A stretch of DNA of 64,000 bases from Deltaproteobacteria bacterium (GTDB lineage: Bacteria > UBA10199 > SPLOWO2-01-44-7). The stretch spans positions 15,611 to 79,610 of the forward strand of contig JAUSII010000035.1 in NCBI GenBank assembly GCA_030648035.1, written 5' to 3'. The notes under the pieces are model-generated. The model saw only the letters and a program-made list of their open reading frames with translations, searched no databases and had not been told where the DNA came from. The position numbers and the translations under genes were made by a program. Shown one piece after another: positions 40,355-48,774 of this stretch. The first letter of the stretch is position 1, and every line of letters starts with the position of its first letter.

Positions 40355-41703
40355 GCCACCCTCCGAAAAGAGTTTTTGGCCATCTGGATGAATTGAACAA
40401 GCGGCCTCTGTGCGGGGCAGACAAAGGCGCAGCAGCCGCACTCAAAACAATCTTTTGTGCCAAAGGTTTCTGTCTCCAAAGGGCGTCCCGCTTCGGTGTA
40501 GATGGAGATCTGATTTGGTTCCAGTCCGAGGGGACAGACTTCCAGACAGCGACCACAAGAGATGCATGGGCCGAAGCCCTCTTTTGAAACCTCTTCTTCG
40601 CGCAGAAAAATGAGACCGCTCGTCCCCTTGATCACCGGCACATCGAGTCTTCCGAGCGCTCTTCCCATCATTGGGCCTCCGGCAATTGCTTTGACCGTTT
40701 TGTAATGAAGGCCGCCGCAATAATCGGCAATATCTTGCACGAGAGTACCAATAGGCACCGAGAGATTTTTTGGATTTTGAATGCCGCTGCCGGTGACTGT
40801 TAAAACACGGTCGATCAGTGGCTTATGGAAAGCAATCGCATCAAGGCAGGCCAGCACCGTGGCGACATTTTGAACCATCACGCCGACATGCATTGGCAGT
40901 TTTCGGGCCGGAACGACTTTGCCGGTCAGTGCCTCCACCAGTTGTCTTTCAGAACCTTGAGGGTATCTTGTTTTGCAAAGCCGGATTTCAACCGGAACGG
41001 TGGAGGGATGTTTTTCGAGAGCCGCCTTTAAAACTTTTGCAGCATCGATTTTGTTGTCTTCAATGCCCAAAATAATTTTTTTCGCTCCGAGAATTTTGGC
41101 TACAAGAGCGGCTCCATTCAAAATTTCAACCGGATGCTCCAATATAAGACGGTGATCTGCAGTAAGATAAGGCTCGCATTCGGCACCATTGATGAGCAGA
41201 GTGTCGATAGTTATCCCCGGGGGACATTTCAACTTGCGATGGGTCGGAAAGGCAGCACCGCCAAGGCCTACAATGCCGGCAGCGCGGATGCTTTCCAAAA
41301 GAATTTCATTTGAAAAATTATTCCAATCTGGAGCCTCTTCCCAGACTGGTGGTGTCGCTTCAAAATCGGTTTCAATCACGATGGCCGTGGCTTCTGTTAA
41401 AAGAGGGTGTGGTGCCAGAGCTACTCGTTTGACCGTGCCACTTACAGAGGCATGAACCGGAACGCCGCCCGGCCCCGCTTCGGCAATGACATCGCCCCGG
41501 ACCACTTTTGTTTTTCTTTCGACGATGGCACGGGCCGGTTCACCGATATGCTGCGACAGCGGGATGGTCACCTCTTTGGGAACAAAGCGTTCAATCGGGT
41601 GATAGCGGGTTTTCTTTTTCCACGCATCTTCTGGATGAACGCCGCCCCGCAGAAACGTCAATGTTTTAAGAAAATCCATGGAAGTAAATATCCTTCGCCA
41701 CAT
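40351..41703 (-). CDS. rnfC: Rnf complex subunit C
   Basis: FLRGGVHP N-terminus, nucleotide-binding region GLGGAAFPTHRK, and two 4Fe-4S motifs CISCGRCLEVCP and CFECGCCAFVCP. The start may be ATG 41679. Confidence 0.85.
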   Translation of the reverse strand: MWRRIFTSMDFLKTLTFLRGGVHPEDAWKKKTRYHPIERFVPKEVTIPLSQHIGEPARAIVERKTKVVRGDVIAEAGPGGVPVHASVSGTVKRVALAPHPLLTEATAIVIETDFEATPPVWEEAPDWNNFSNEILLESIRAAGIVGLGGAAFPTHRKLKCPPGITIDTLLINGAECEPYLTADHRLILEHPVEILNGAALVAKILGAKKIILGIEDNKIDAAKVLKAALEKHPSTVPVEIRLCKTRYPQGSERQLVEALTGKVVPARKLPMHVGVMVQNVATVLACLDAIAFHKPLIDRVLTVTGSGIQNPKNLSVPIGTLVQDIADYCGGLHYKTVKAIAGGPMMGRALGRLDVPVIKGTSGLIFLREEEVSKEGFGPCISCGRCLEVCPLGLEPNQISIYTEAGRPLETETFGTKDCFECGCCAFVCPAQRPLVQFIQMAKNSFRRVA

Positions 41704-42688
41704 CGGAGAAATGTTTTTTGCCTTTGGGCCCCATGAGAAAAATACTGGTGCTCAGAGCATCGGAAAGGGTTCCGTTTTTGGCGACCACTGTGGCGCTCGT
41801 GCCGCCATTGGAATATTGACCACTGCGCATGTCAAAGAGATGGCCCAACTTGCGTCCATCGAGCCAATGCATCTGTTCGTAGTTGCCGCTTGTGGCAACC
41901 GACTCATTTTTCAGCAGAAGCGTTTCAAAATAGGGTTCCTCCGTGCCGACAACAGGATTGCGGATGGCAACCTTCCACCCTTGCCGAGACCCCTCTTCGG
42001 TTTGCGGAAAACCGATCGCCACCATATTGCCGCCGATGTCGATCAATGCGTTTTCAATTCCCACTTTATGGAGTGCATCGATGGCTCGATCGGCGGCATA
42101 ACCTTTTCCGATGGAGCCGAGATCAATGGCGCTCCCTTCATGTGTGAGCCCCGCTTCGTTTTTTATCGGATCAATGAAAATAAATTTGGAACCGACAACA
42201 TCGAGTGTCTGCTGAATAATTTTATCGCTGGGGTAATGCTGTTTTTCAGATTCGTTTGCGTAGAGTCCATACAATTTCAGCATTGGCAGGCAGGTGACAT
42301 CGTAGGCTCCTTCAGTTCGGCCGTAAAATTCTTTGGCGGTCTGCAAAATGTCGCAGAGGGAAGAGTCAACGCGAACAATTTCCCGACCCGCCATCTGATT
42401 TATGCGGGAGAGATCACTGTCTCTTCGGTGAAGGCTCATGATTCGGTCGACTTTTTCAATCGCCGCAAAAGCATCGATCATTGCCTTTTGTCCCTCTTCA
42501 AAGTCGGGGTGATGGAGGGTGATAGTCGCCATGGTCCCCAAAAGTGGTTTTGCATGCTGAACGACAAGGGGATTTTTAATGGAGCGCCATCGGTTGAGTC
42601 CTGTTTTCATCAGGAGGCCGGCCCCGATGCCGCCTCCCAGAATCTGTAAAAATTGTCGGCGTGTTATTTTGGAGATGGATTCTTTCAT
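41666..42688 (-). CDS. apbE: ApbE-family FAD:protein FMN transferase (Tat signal)
   Basis: Twin-arginine signal KITRRQFLQILGGG and an ApbE signature around DLGSIGKGYAADRA. It lies directly upstream of rnf, whose G and D subunits need flavinylation. Confidence 0.8.
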   Translation of the reverse strand: MKESISKITRRQFLQILGGGIGAGLLMKTGLNRWRSIKNPLVVQHAKPLLGTMATITLHHPDFEEGQKAMIDAFAAIEKVDRIMSLHRRDSDLSRINQMAGREIVRVDSSLCDILQTAKEFYGRTEGAYDVTCLPMLKLYGLYANESEKQHYPSDKIIQQTLDVVGSKFIFIDPIKNEAGLTHEGSAIDLGSIGKGYAADRAIDALHKVGIENALIDIGGNMVAIGFPQTEEGSRQGWKVAIRNPVVGTEEPYFETLLLKNESVATSGNYEQMHWLDGRKLGHLFDMRSGQYSNGGTSATVVAKNGTLSDALSTSIFLMGPKGKKHFSDVAKDIYFHGFS

Positions 42689-42814
42689 GGTGTAGGAGAC
42701 CCTAGCACCAAGCCTTTGGTCGCCATATGACACGGATCAGCCAAAGAACTGACGTGCGTCATTAGAAAAAAATAGAAAAATGGGTAGATCCAAATTTGAA
42801 AATGGAGGAACGAT

Positions 42815-43012
42815 ATGTCGGATGAAACCCGAGAATTTTTTGTCGATCAGGATTTGTGTACCGGATGCGGCGATTGCATCAAGGCGATGCCGGAGCATTT
42901 TGAAGATACCGGTGAAGACACAGCAGATGTGACAGCCTCCGAAGGTGCTGATGCATCAAAGTTGGAGAAGGTGATGAAAGAGTGCCCCGGCAAGGCAATC
43001 AAATGGAAATGA
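42815..43012 (+). CDS. Small single-cluster ferredoxin
   Basis: 65 aa with CTGCGDC...CP. Acidic. A GGAGGAA SD is present. Confidence 0.75.
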   Translation: MSDETREFFVDQDLCTGCGDCIKAMPEHFEDTGEDTADVTASEGADASKLEKVMKECPGKAIKWK

Positions 43013-43950
43013 TCCACAAAAAATTGGGACAGATTTTGAATGAATCGGTGCTTGAAATCCGGGGCGACGGTCGTGCCGGCAGCGGTCTGTTGTTGACCCT
43101 GCAAAGTCTGGCCGGCGTGGCGGTGGAAGACCCCCGTCTTTATGTTCAGGAATGGCCCTTTTTCAGCTCCGCCAGAAAAGGGGCGCCGACTCGCGGTTTT
43201 TTGCGCCTGAGCCGCAAATCGATTGAAAAAGCCTCCGGCATTACGACTCCCCACATCGCCATCATGATGGATGAGGGGGTAACAAAAATGGTCGACTTTG
43301 CCGAAGGGGTTCAGCGGGGAGGATTATTTATTCTCAATACTCCGCGTACACCCGAAGAGGCGGCCAAAAAATTTCGTCTCTCTGGACGGGTCTACACAAT
43401 TGATGGAGATGCTTTGGCTGAAAAATTTTTGAAGAAACCTTTGGGCAATGTCTCCGTCTTCGCCCTATTGAGTAGCATTCTCCCCGGGTTCGATTTCAAA
43501 ACAGCGCGTGAACATCTTCTGCATCATCTGCAAAAAAGGCGTTTGCCGGAGGCTCTCGTAGAGGCCAATGCAGAACTTTTCGATGCGAGTCTGGGTCAGT
43601 CGAAAATGGCCGATTGTGATTTTGCCTTTCCTTCCGATCATCTGCTCCCTGCGTTTCAAGGGTATGGCGAGCTCATGCCTGGAGGACAGTCTCGCTTAAG
43701 ACTTTCCAAAACTCATTTTACTTCGGCGTTTGCGCGGACCGGTTTTGAACTCCGCTTTTCCGATCCCGAAAACAGTTGCAACGGTTGTGGCCACTGCATC
43801 ATCAATTGCCCTGAAAATATCATCCAATTTTGTGCGGATGAGGAGCGGGGTGTAAAGGTGACTGGGGCCGACGTGGCCCGCTATTGCAAGCTCTGCCGTG
43901 AGTGCATTGAAATCTGCCCCAAAAAACTTTTTCAGGAGGTGGCGGTATGA
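43009..43950 (+). CDS. 2-oxoacid:ferredoxin oxidoreductase gamma-delta fusion subunit
   Basis: Gamma-type N-terminus (IRGDGRAGSGLLL) and two C-terminal 4Fe-4S motifs CNGCGHCIINCP and CKLCRECIEICP. ATG 43009 overlaps the ferredoxin stop (ATGA); ATG 43003 is also possible. Confidence 0.7.
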   Translation: MIHKKLGQILNESVLEIRGDGRAGSGLLLTLQSLAGVAVEDPRLYVQEWPFFSSARKGAPTRGFLRLSRKSIEKASGITTPHIAIMMDEGVTKMVDFAEGVQRGGLFILNTPRTPEEAAKKFRLSGRVYTIDGDALAEKFLKKPLGNVSVFALLSSILPGFDFKTAREHLLHHLQKRRLPEALVEANAELFDASLGQSKMADCDFAFPSDHLLPAFQGYGELMPGGQSRLRLSKTHFTSAFARTGFELRFSDPENSCNGCGHCIINCPENIIQFCADEERGVKVTGADVARYCKLCRECIEICPKKLFQEVAV

Positions 43951-45275
43951 ACCTCGAACCGTTGATTACAGAGACGGCTGCGGGAGCCCTTTTTAACGAC
44001 GCAATCCATCTCGAAAAAGTTCGTTCGGCGCACAGACCTTTGGTGCTGGAGCAGAAAGTGGCCGATGCCGATGGCAACACTGCGGCGGCATATGCCTGCC
44101 TGCAGATGTGGCGCTCGGTTTTGTTTGCCGGTTTTCCGATCACCCCTTCCACCAAATGGCTGGAGACGGTGACCTCGGTGGTACGTAGCGGCAAGGTGGG
44201 AATCAAACAGGTCAAAATCATGGAGGCTGAACATGCCGTGGCCGATTATATGGCCGGTGTTGCCGCCGCGTGCCGCGATCTGATTGTAAGTTCCGCCACC
44301 AGTTCGGTCGGATTGGATCACATGACCGAGTCGATTCGTTCTCTGGGGGCGAGCGGTTTGGGAAATCTGATTTTGGTCAATGTCTATCGCGCGACGGCAA
44401 ATTACCCCCTCTGTATTGAAGGAGATCCTTCCGACACACTGGCGCATCGTGATGACGGCTGGATTCAAATTTGCTGTCGTGGCGTCCAACAAATATACGA
44501 CACCATTTTGCAGGCGCCTTGTCTGGGGATGCATCCGGAAATTTTAACGCCGGTGATGCCCGGTTTTTATGGCATTAAAGACAGTCACCGCAGTTCGCGC
44601 CTGATGATGGAGGCCGATTCAGAGATCCATGCGTTTCAGGATCGCTGGATTTCCCCCTCCCGTCTTCCGGGTCTTATTAATGGTGATACCGCCATGGGCA
44701 ACTGCGTGACCTCGAACTATTTTCAGGGTTTTAAAATCGACCAGAAAAAAAGACTGGAGAGGGTGATAGAAATTCTGCCGGAGATTGGAAAAGATTTCGA
44801 AAAAATTTTTGGACGATCCGGTCTTGATTTTGTCGAAAAAATTTATTGGCCGGCCAATGACAAAGTCGATCTGGCGATTATCGGCATGGGGCCCGATATT
44901 GGCACCGCTGCCGCCCTTGCCAAAGAAGAAGAGAAAAAACGCGGCATCAAAATTGGTGTGCTGGCCGCACGCTTGCTGACACCGTTTCCCAAATCGGTTT
45001 ACGCAAAACTGTTGCGTTACTCCAAAACAGTTCTCATTTTGAATCAGGCCTTCCATTATGGGTCGGGGCATTTGGCTCTCGACTTGGCGGAGGCCTGCTA
45101 TCCACTTCGTTCGAGGCCGACACTCGTGAATTGTTTTGCAGGATTGGGTGGCGCGGTTGTTTCCGATGAGACTTGGAGAACCATGATACGCCATGCTCTG
45201 GAGGTAACCGGCAACAAACCCGCCGTGGCCCCCCCGATTGTGGTGCACGATGGGAGGGTTGTATGGCCACAGTAA
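43947..45275 (+). CDS. 2-oxoacid:ferredoxin oxidoreductase alpha subunit (POR/VOR-like)
   Basis: GNTAAAYACLQ...FAGFPITPSTKWLE N-terminal motif, 442 aa. ATGA overlap with the preceding gene. Confidence 0.75.
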   Translation: MNLEPLITETAAGALFNDAIHLEKVRSAHRPLVLEQKVADADGNTAAAYACLQMWRSVLFAGFPITPSTKWLETVTSVVRSGKVGIKQVKIMEAEHAVADYMAGVAAACRDLIVSSATSSVGLDHMTESIRSLGASGLGNLILVNVYRATANYPLCIEGDPSDTLAHRDDGWIQICCRGVQQIYDTILQAPCLGMHPEILTPVMPGFYGIKDSHRSSRLMMEADSEIHAFQDRWISPSRLPGLINGDTAMGNCVTSNYFQGFKIDQKKRLERVIEILPEIGKDFEKIFGRSGLDFVEKIYWPANDKVDLAIIGMGPDIGTAAALAKEEEKKRGIKIGVLAARLLTPFPKSVYAKLLRYSKTVLILNQAFHYGSGHLALDLAEACYPLRSRPTLVNCFAGLGGAVVSDETWRTMIRHALEVTGNKPAVAPPIVVHDGRVVWPQ

Positions 45276-46261
45276 ACGACATTTTGCAGAGGGAGAGCTG
45301 TTTTCAACCCGGTTCGACTCTTTGCAAAGGGTGCATGGAGGGAATCTCTTTTCAGAATATCGGCAAGTTGACTGACAACGGCAAAAAAACAATTTTCTCT
45401 CTGGGAACTTTCTGTGGGGAGGTTTCCACCCTGCAATTTCCAAATCCTGTTGCCTGGGGAAGAGGAGAGAACACGCCTGAAGATTGGAGCAAAAGTTTCG
45501 GTGTCATGCATCACGTTTTTGAGTCGGCCCCGTCTGTGGCGGAAGGAATTCGCGATACGGCCGATATTTTGTTGCAGATGGGGGCTCTGTCTCGACCGAT
45601 TCAAGTCGTCGCCATTTCTGGCGATGGGGGCGCGTTGTCGATAGGTCTTCGCACCCTTTTGCATACTATTCAGCGCCGCTCTCGCATCGTCATTTTTGTT
45701 TTGGTCAATGAAATTTTTGCGAATACCGGTTTTCAGCAGAGTCCAACCACGTCGATCGGTGCCGATACCAGCACCTCTCCCTCTTCGGAATATTTTCCGG
45801 GAAATTTGGTGGCACCCATGGATTATCTGTCGCTGGTTATGGCCGCCGGTGCTGGCTTGGTGGCGCAAGTGAGCCCGGCTTACCCCAAATTTTTTTACAA
45901 AACAGTTGAGAAGGCATTGGAATGTCAGGAGACTGCTGTTATTTTTATTCCCAGCCCCTGCATTACCGGATGGAAATATGAGGATGGAGAGACGATACGT
46001 CTGGCCCAGTTGGCCTGTGAAACCGGATTTTTCCCGTGCTATATAAAAGAAAAAGGGGATAATGGGGGGACTCTCAAATTCGTTGAAACGGATCCGGTTA
46101 AAAGACCACCCATTGAAGAATTCATGGGGCCACAACGACGGTTTCAACATCTTGTTTTTAAAAATCGGGAGACGGGGCGTTATGAGGTTCGCCCTGGAAA
46201 GGAGCCTGTTCTTGAAAAAATTCGGGAATGGATTCAAAATCAGCTCGAAAATTTGTCGTGA
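45263..46261 (+). CDS. 2-oxoacid:ferredoxin oxidoreductase beta (TPP) subunit
   Basis: CKGCMEG Cys motif and TPP motif ISGDGGALSIG...LVNE. ATG 45263 overlaps the alpha subunit gene by 13 nt. Confidence 0.75.
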   Translation: MATVNDILQRESCFQPGSTLCKGCMEGISFQNIGKLTDNGKKTIFSLGTFCGEVSTLQFPNPVAWGRGENTPEDWSKSFGVMHHVFESAPSVAEGIRDTADILLQMGALSRPIQVVAISGDGGALSIGLRTLLHTIQRRSRIVIFVLVNEIFANTGFQQSPTTSIGADTSTSPSSEYFPGNLVAPMDYLSLVMAAGAGLVAQVSPAYPKFFYKTVEKALECQETAVIFIPSPCITGWKYEDGETIRLAQLACETGFFPCYIKEKGDNGGTLKFVETDPVKRPPIEEFMGPQRRFQHLVFKNRETGRYEVRPGKEPVLEKIREWIQNQLENLS

Positions 46262-46362
46262 GGGGAAATAGTGTAATATATGAGCAATATCATTGTTTGT
46301 TTGCCAAAATAATATATGAGTGTCGCAGTAGAGGGTGTTCCAAAAACTCAAAGGAGGAAGTC

Positions 46363-46635
46363 ATGAAATATGTTCTAACAGCAGTGCTGGTGTTGGGGTT
46401 GGCGGTTGCAGGTGGTTCTTCCGCTTATGCTGTAGGTGCCAGTTTTTGCAAGGCTTGCCACGGGCCGGGCAAAAAAGGTGGGGATCTTAAAGATTGCAAT
46501 ACGAGTAAGGCGGATATGATCAAATATTCCAAAGATCCCAAAGCATCCAATCCGAAAGCCACGATGCCCCCTATCAAGGCTACAGATGCGGAACTGGGTG
46601 CCATTATCGAAGAGTTGGTGCCGGGCAAGAAATAA
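46363..46635 (+). CDS. Small soluble monoheme cytochrome c
   Basis: Signal peptide MKYVLTAVLVLGLAVAGGSSAYA, CKACH, and distal Met candidate (ATMPP). AAGGAGGA SD lies 4 nt before ATG 46363. Confidence 0.75.
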   Translation: MKYVLTAVLVLGLAVAGGSSAYAVGASFCKACHGPGKKGGDLKDCNTSKADMIKYSKDPKASNPKATMPPIKATDAELGAIIEELVPGKK

Positions 46636-46642
46636 AAACCTT

Positions 46643-47677
46643 ATGAGGTTAATGGTATTAGGCTTGAATCACAAGACAGCCTCCATCGCCGATCGAGAGC
46701 GGTGGGGGCTCTCTTCTTTTGGGGTTCCACTATTTTTAAAAGAAATTCTCAAAATACCTTCTGTGTGCGGGGCCGTCTATGTGGCCACATGCAATCGGGT
46801 GGAGTTTTATCTTTCCGTGGAAAAAGAGTTTTCCATTTCCAGTGTGATAGAACTTTGGAAAGCGGAACCCTCTTACGTTTATGGAGGCGAACAGGCATTC
46901 AGCCATCTGTTGCGGGTGGCAGCCGGGCTTGATTCTCTGGTGTTGGGTGAAAATCAGGTCATGGGGCAGATCAAACAGGCCTACCTGCAATCGGTTGAAA
47001 TCAAAACGGCCGATGCTCTCATACACTTTGCTTTTCAGCGCGCACTGAACGTGGCCAAAAAAATTCGAACGGAAACCGGTATTGCCAAATCGCCAACCTC
47101 GGTCAGTTCTGTCGCCGTCATGTTGATAGAACAGATTTTTGGTGATTTTTCAAAGCTGAAAACGCTCGTGGTGGGGACGGGTGAAACCGGTTCGCAGACG
47201 GCCGAGCTTTTGGTAAAACGGGGTGTGAAAAATTTGATCGTTGCGAACCGCACACTGTGTGCCGCAGAAACTTTGGCCGCGTCTCTGAAAGCCTCGGTTT
47301 GTCCCTTTGAAGAATTGGAAAAGGCCTTGGCCCTCTCCGACATGGTCATTACGGCGACTGCGTCTTCAACGCCGATTATTTTCAAAGAGATGTTTTTGAG
47401 AAAAAACTCACCGACTGTTCTGGTCGATCTGGGTGTTCCGCGCGATGTGGACCCGGAGGTGGGGAATGCAGAGGGCATTTATCTCTACAACGTCGATGAT
47501 TTAAAAACCATTGCCGACAAGAATCGTGTTTTTAGAACGCAGGAGGCAATGCTTGCCGAAAAAATTGTCAGTTATGCCGCAGAATCGTTTCAGATGGAGT
47601 GGAAAAAAAGAAGTCGACGCATGATGGATATCAGTATCCTGCCTGATTCAGATCATTTGGGATGGCAAAAAAGTTGA
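46643..47677 (+). CDS. hemA: Glutamyl-tRNA reductase
   Basis: MRLMVLGLNHKTASIADRE N-terminus, catalytic-Cys region ATCNRVEFY, and NADPH fold VVGTGETGSQTA. Confidence 0.85.
   Translation: MRLMVLGLNHKTASIADRERWGLSSFGVPLFLKEILKIPSVCGAVYVATCNRVEFYLSVEKEFSISSVIELWKAEPSYVYGGEQAFSHLLRVAAGLDSLVLGENQVMGQIKQAYLQSVEIKTADALIHFAFQRALNVAKKIRTETGIAKSPTSVSSVAVMLIEQIFGDFSKLKTLVVGTGETGSQTAELLVKRGVKNLIVANRTLCAAETLAASLKASVCPFEELEKALALSDMVITATASSTPIIFKEMFLRKNSPTVLVDLGVPRDVDPEVGNAEGIYLYNVDDLKTIADKNRVFRTQEAMLAEKIVSYAAESFQMEWKKRSRRMMDISILPDSDHLGWQKS
47644..47655. promoter_or_regulatory. FNR/Crp-type palindrome TGATtcagATCA
   Basis: Exact motif inside the last codons of hemA, 35 nt upstream of the fnr/crp-2 ATG. 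This parallels the box upstream of paralog 1. Confidence 0.45.
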
Positions 47678-47690
47678 TTATGAATACTGC

Positions 47691-48413
47691 ATGTCGAAAC
47701 CCTCCTTTTTTCATTGCAAGGAATGCACTTCGAAAGAGGGAAGCGTCTTTTGCGATCTCAAAGAGGCCCAGCTCGATATTATGGATGAGGCCAAGATATG
47801 TAATGTTTACAGGCCCCATCAGATGATTTTTTATGAAGGGAATCTGCCGTACGGTCTCTACTGCATTGTCTCTGGAAAAGTAAAAATCTATAAAATGGAC
47901 AAAGAGGGTCACCAGCACATTGTGCGTTTGCTGGGGCCGGGTGAGATGGTTGGCTATCGCTGTCTCTTGGCGAATGAACCCTACTCTGCCACGGCGGAGA
48001 CTTTGGAAGAGACGCAAGTCTGTTTTATCGACAAAAAAAGTCTGTTTCATATTTTGGAGAGCCATCCTGCCACCGCTTTCCATGTGATGTGTTCCTTGGC
48101 CAAAGATCTGGGCAAGGCCGAATATCAAATGGTCAACATCGTACACAAAAATATTCGTGAAAGATTGGCGGAGCTGTTGCTTGTTTTTCTCAAAAAATAT
48201 GGAAAAAAAGAAGAAAAGGGTATTCGATTGAATATCTCTCTCACGCGCGAAGAGATGGCGGAGCTTATCGGCAGCACGCAGGAGTCGGTCATTCGTCTCA
48301 TGAGTGAATTTAAACAGGATGGTATCATTGCCGTGGATGGACGCAGTATCACGATTTTGAATGCCGAAAAACTCGTCAAAACGGCTAATGTTTCCGACGG
48401 CTCCACTGCATAA
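47691..48413 (+). CDS. Crp/Fnr-family transcription regulator, paralog 2
   Basis: 153 of 236 positions (about 65%) are identical to the 14471-15181 protein in an ungapped hand alignment. Same N-terminal C-x2-C-x8-C cluster (CKECTSKEGSVFC) and HTH (REEMAELIGSTQESVIRLMSEF). Confidence 0.8.
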   Translation: MSKPSFFHCKECTSKEGSVFCDLKEAQLDIMDEAKICNVYRPHQMIFYEGNLPYGLYCIVSGKVKIYKMDKEGHQHIVRLLGPGEMVGYRCLLANEPYSATAETLEETQVCFIDKKSLFHILESHPATAFHVMCSLAKDLGKAEYQMVNIVHKNIRERLAELLLVFLKKYGKKEEKGIRLNISLTREEMAELIGSTQESVIRLMSEFKQDGIIAVDGRSITILNAEKLVKTANVSDGSTA

Positions 48414-48774
48414 TGGTGTAGATTAAAAAAAGACCACCGCCGAGCAGGATAAGCAGAGGCAAAACCCAGATGGTCAGATTCATTCCCTTCGGCTTGGGTT
48501 CCAGCAAAATCCATTCGCCATAACGGTCAACAAAGTAGTTGAGAATTTGTTCTTCGCTTTCTCCCTGTTCCAGTTTTTCACGGACTGTTTTTGTCATGTT
48601 CTGGGCCAGTTCAGATGGGGAATCGGAGACCGGAATGCCGCGGCAGACGGGACAACGCAGTTGATCGGCGATTTGACGAGCACGCTGGTCGATGGAATCA
48701 ACGCCCAGCGCCAAACGTCCGACGCCTAAAAAAATTCCAAAACAGAAAACAAAAAATAACAGGGTTTTATTCAT
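48385..48774 (-). CDS. ccmH: Cytochrome c maturation protein CcmH
   Basis: Signal sequence, LRCPVCRG motif and C-terminal TM helix. The ATG overlaps the ccmG stop (ATGAATAA). The 3' end overlaps the convergent fnr/crp-2 by 29 nt. Confidence 0.8.
   Translation of the reverse strand: MNKTLLFFVFCFGIFLGVGRLALGVDSIDQRARQIADQLRCPVCRGIPVSDSPSELAQNMTKTVREKLEQGESEEQILNYFVDRYGEWILLEPKPKGMNLTIWVLPLLILLGGGLFLIYTIMQWSRRKH

Noticed and set aside
41678-42649. 323-aa plus-strand ORF
   Set aside because: It is fully antisense to the ApbE gene, which has a Tat signal and family motifs. It is a typical shadow ORF with no motifs of its own.
42762-42773. Palindrome TGACGTGCGTCA considered as another FNR-type box
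   Set aside because: Its half-sites are TGAC/GTCA, not TGAT/ATCA, i.e. two mismatches at the specificity positions. It may belong to a different regulator, so I kept it out of the regulon call.
45098-46351. 417-aa minus-strand ORF
   Set aside because: It is antisense to the OFOR beta subunit (which has TPP and Cys motifs) and to the end of the alpha subunit. The sequence is low-complexity and Arg-rich.
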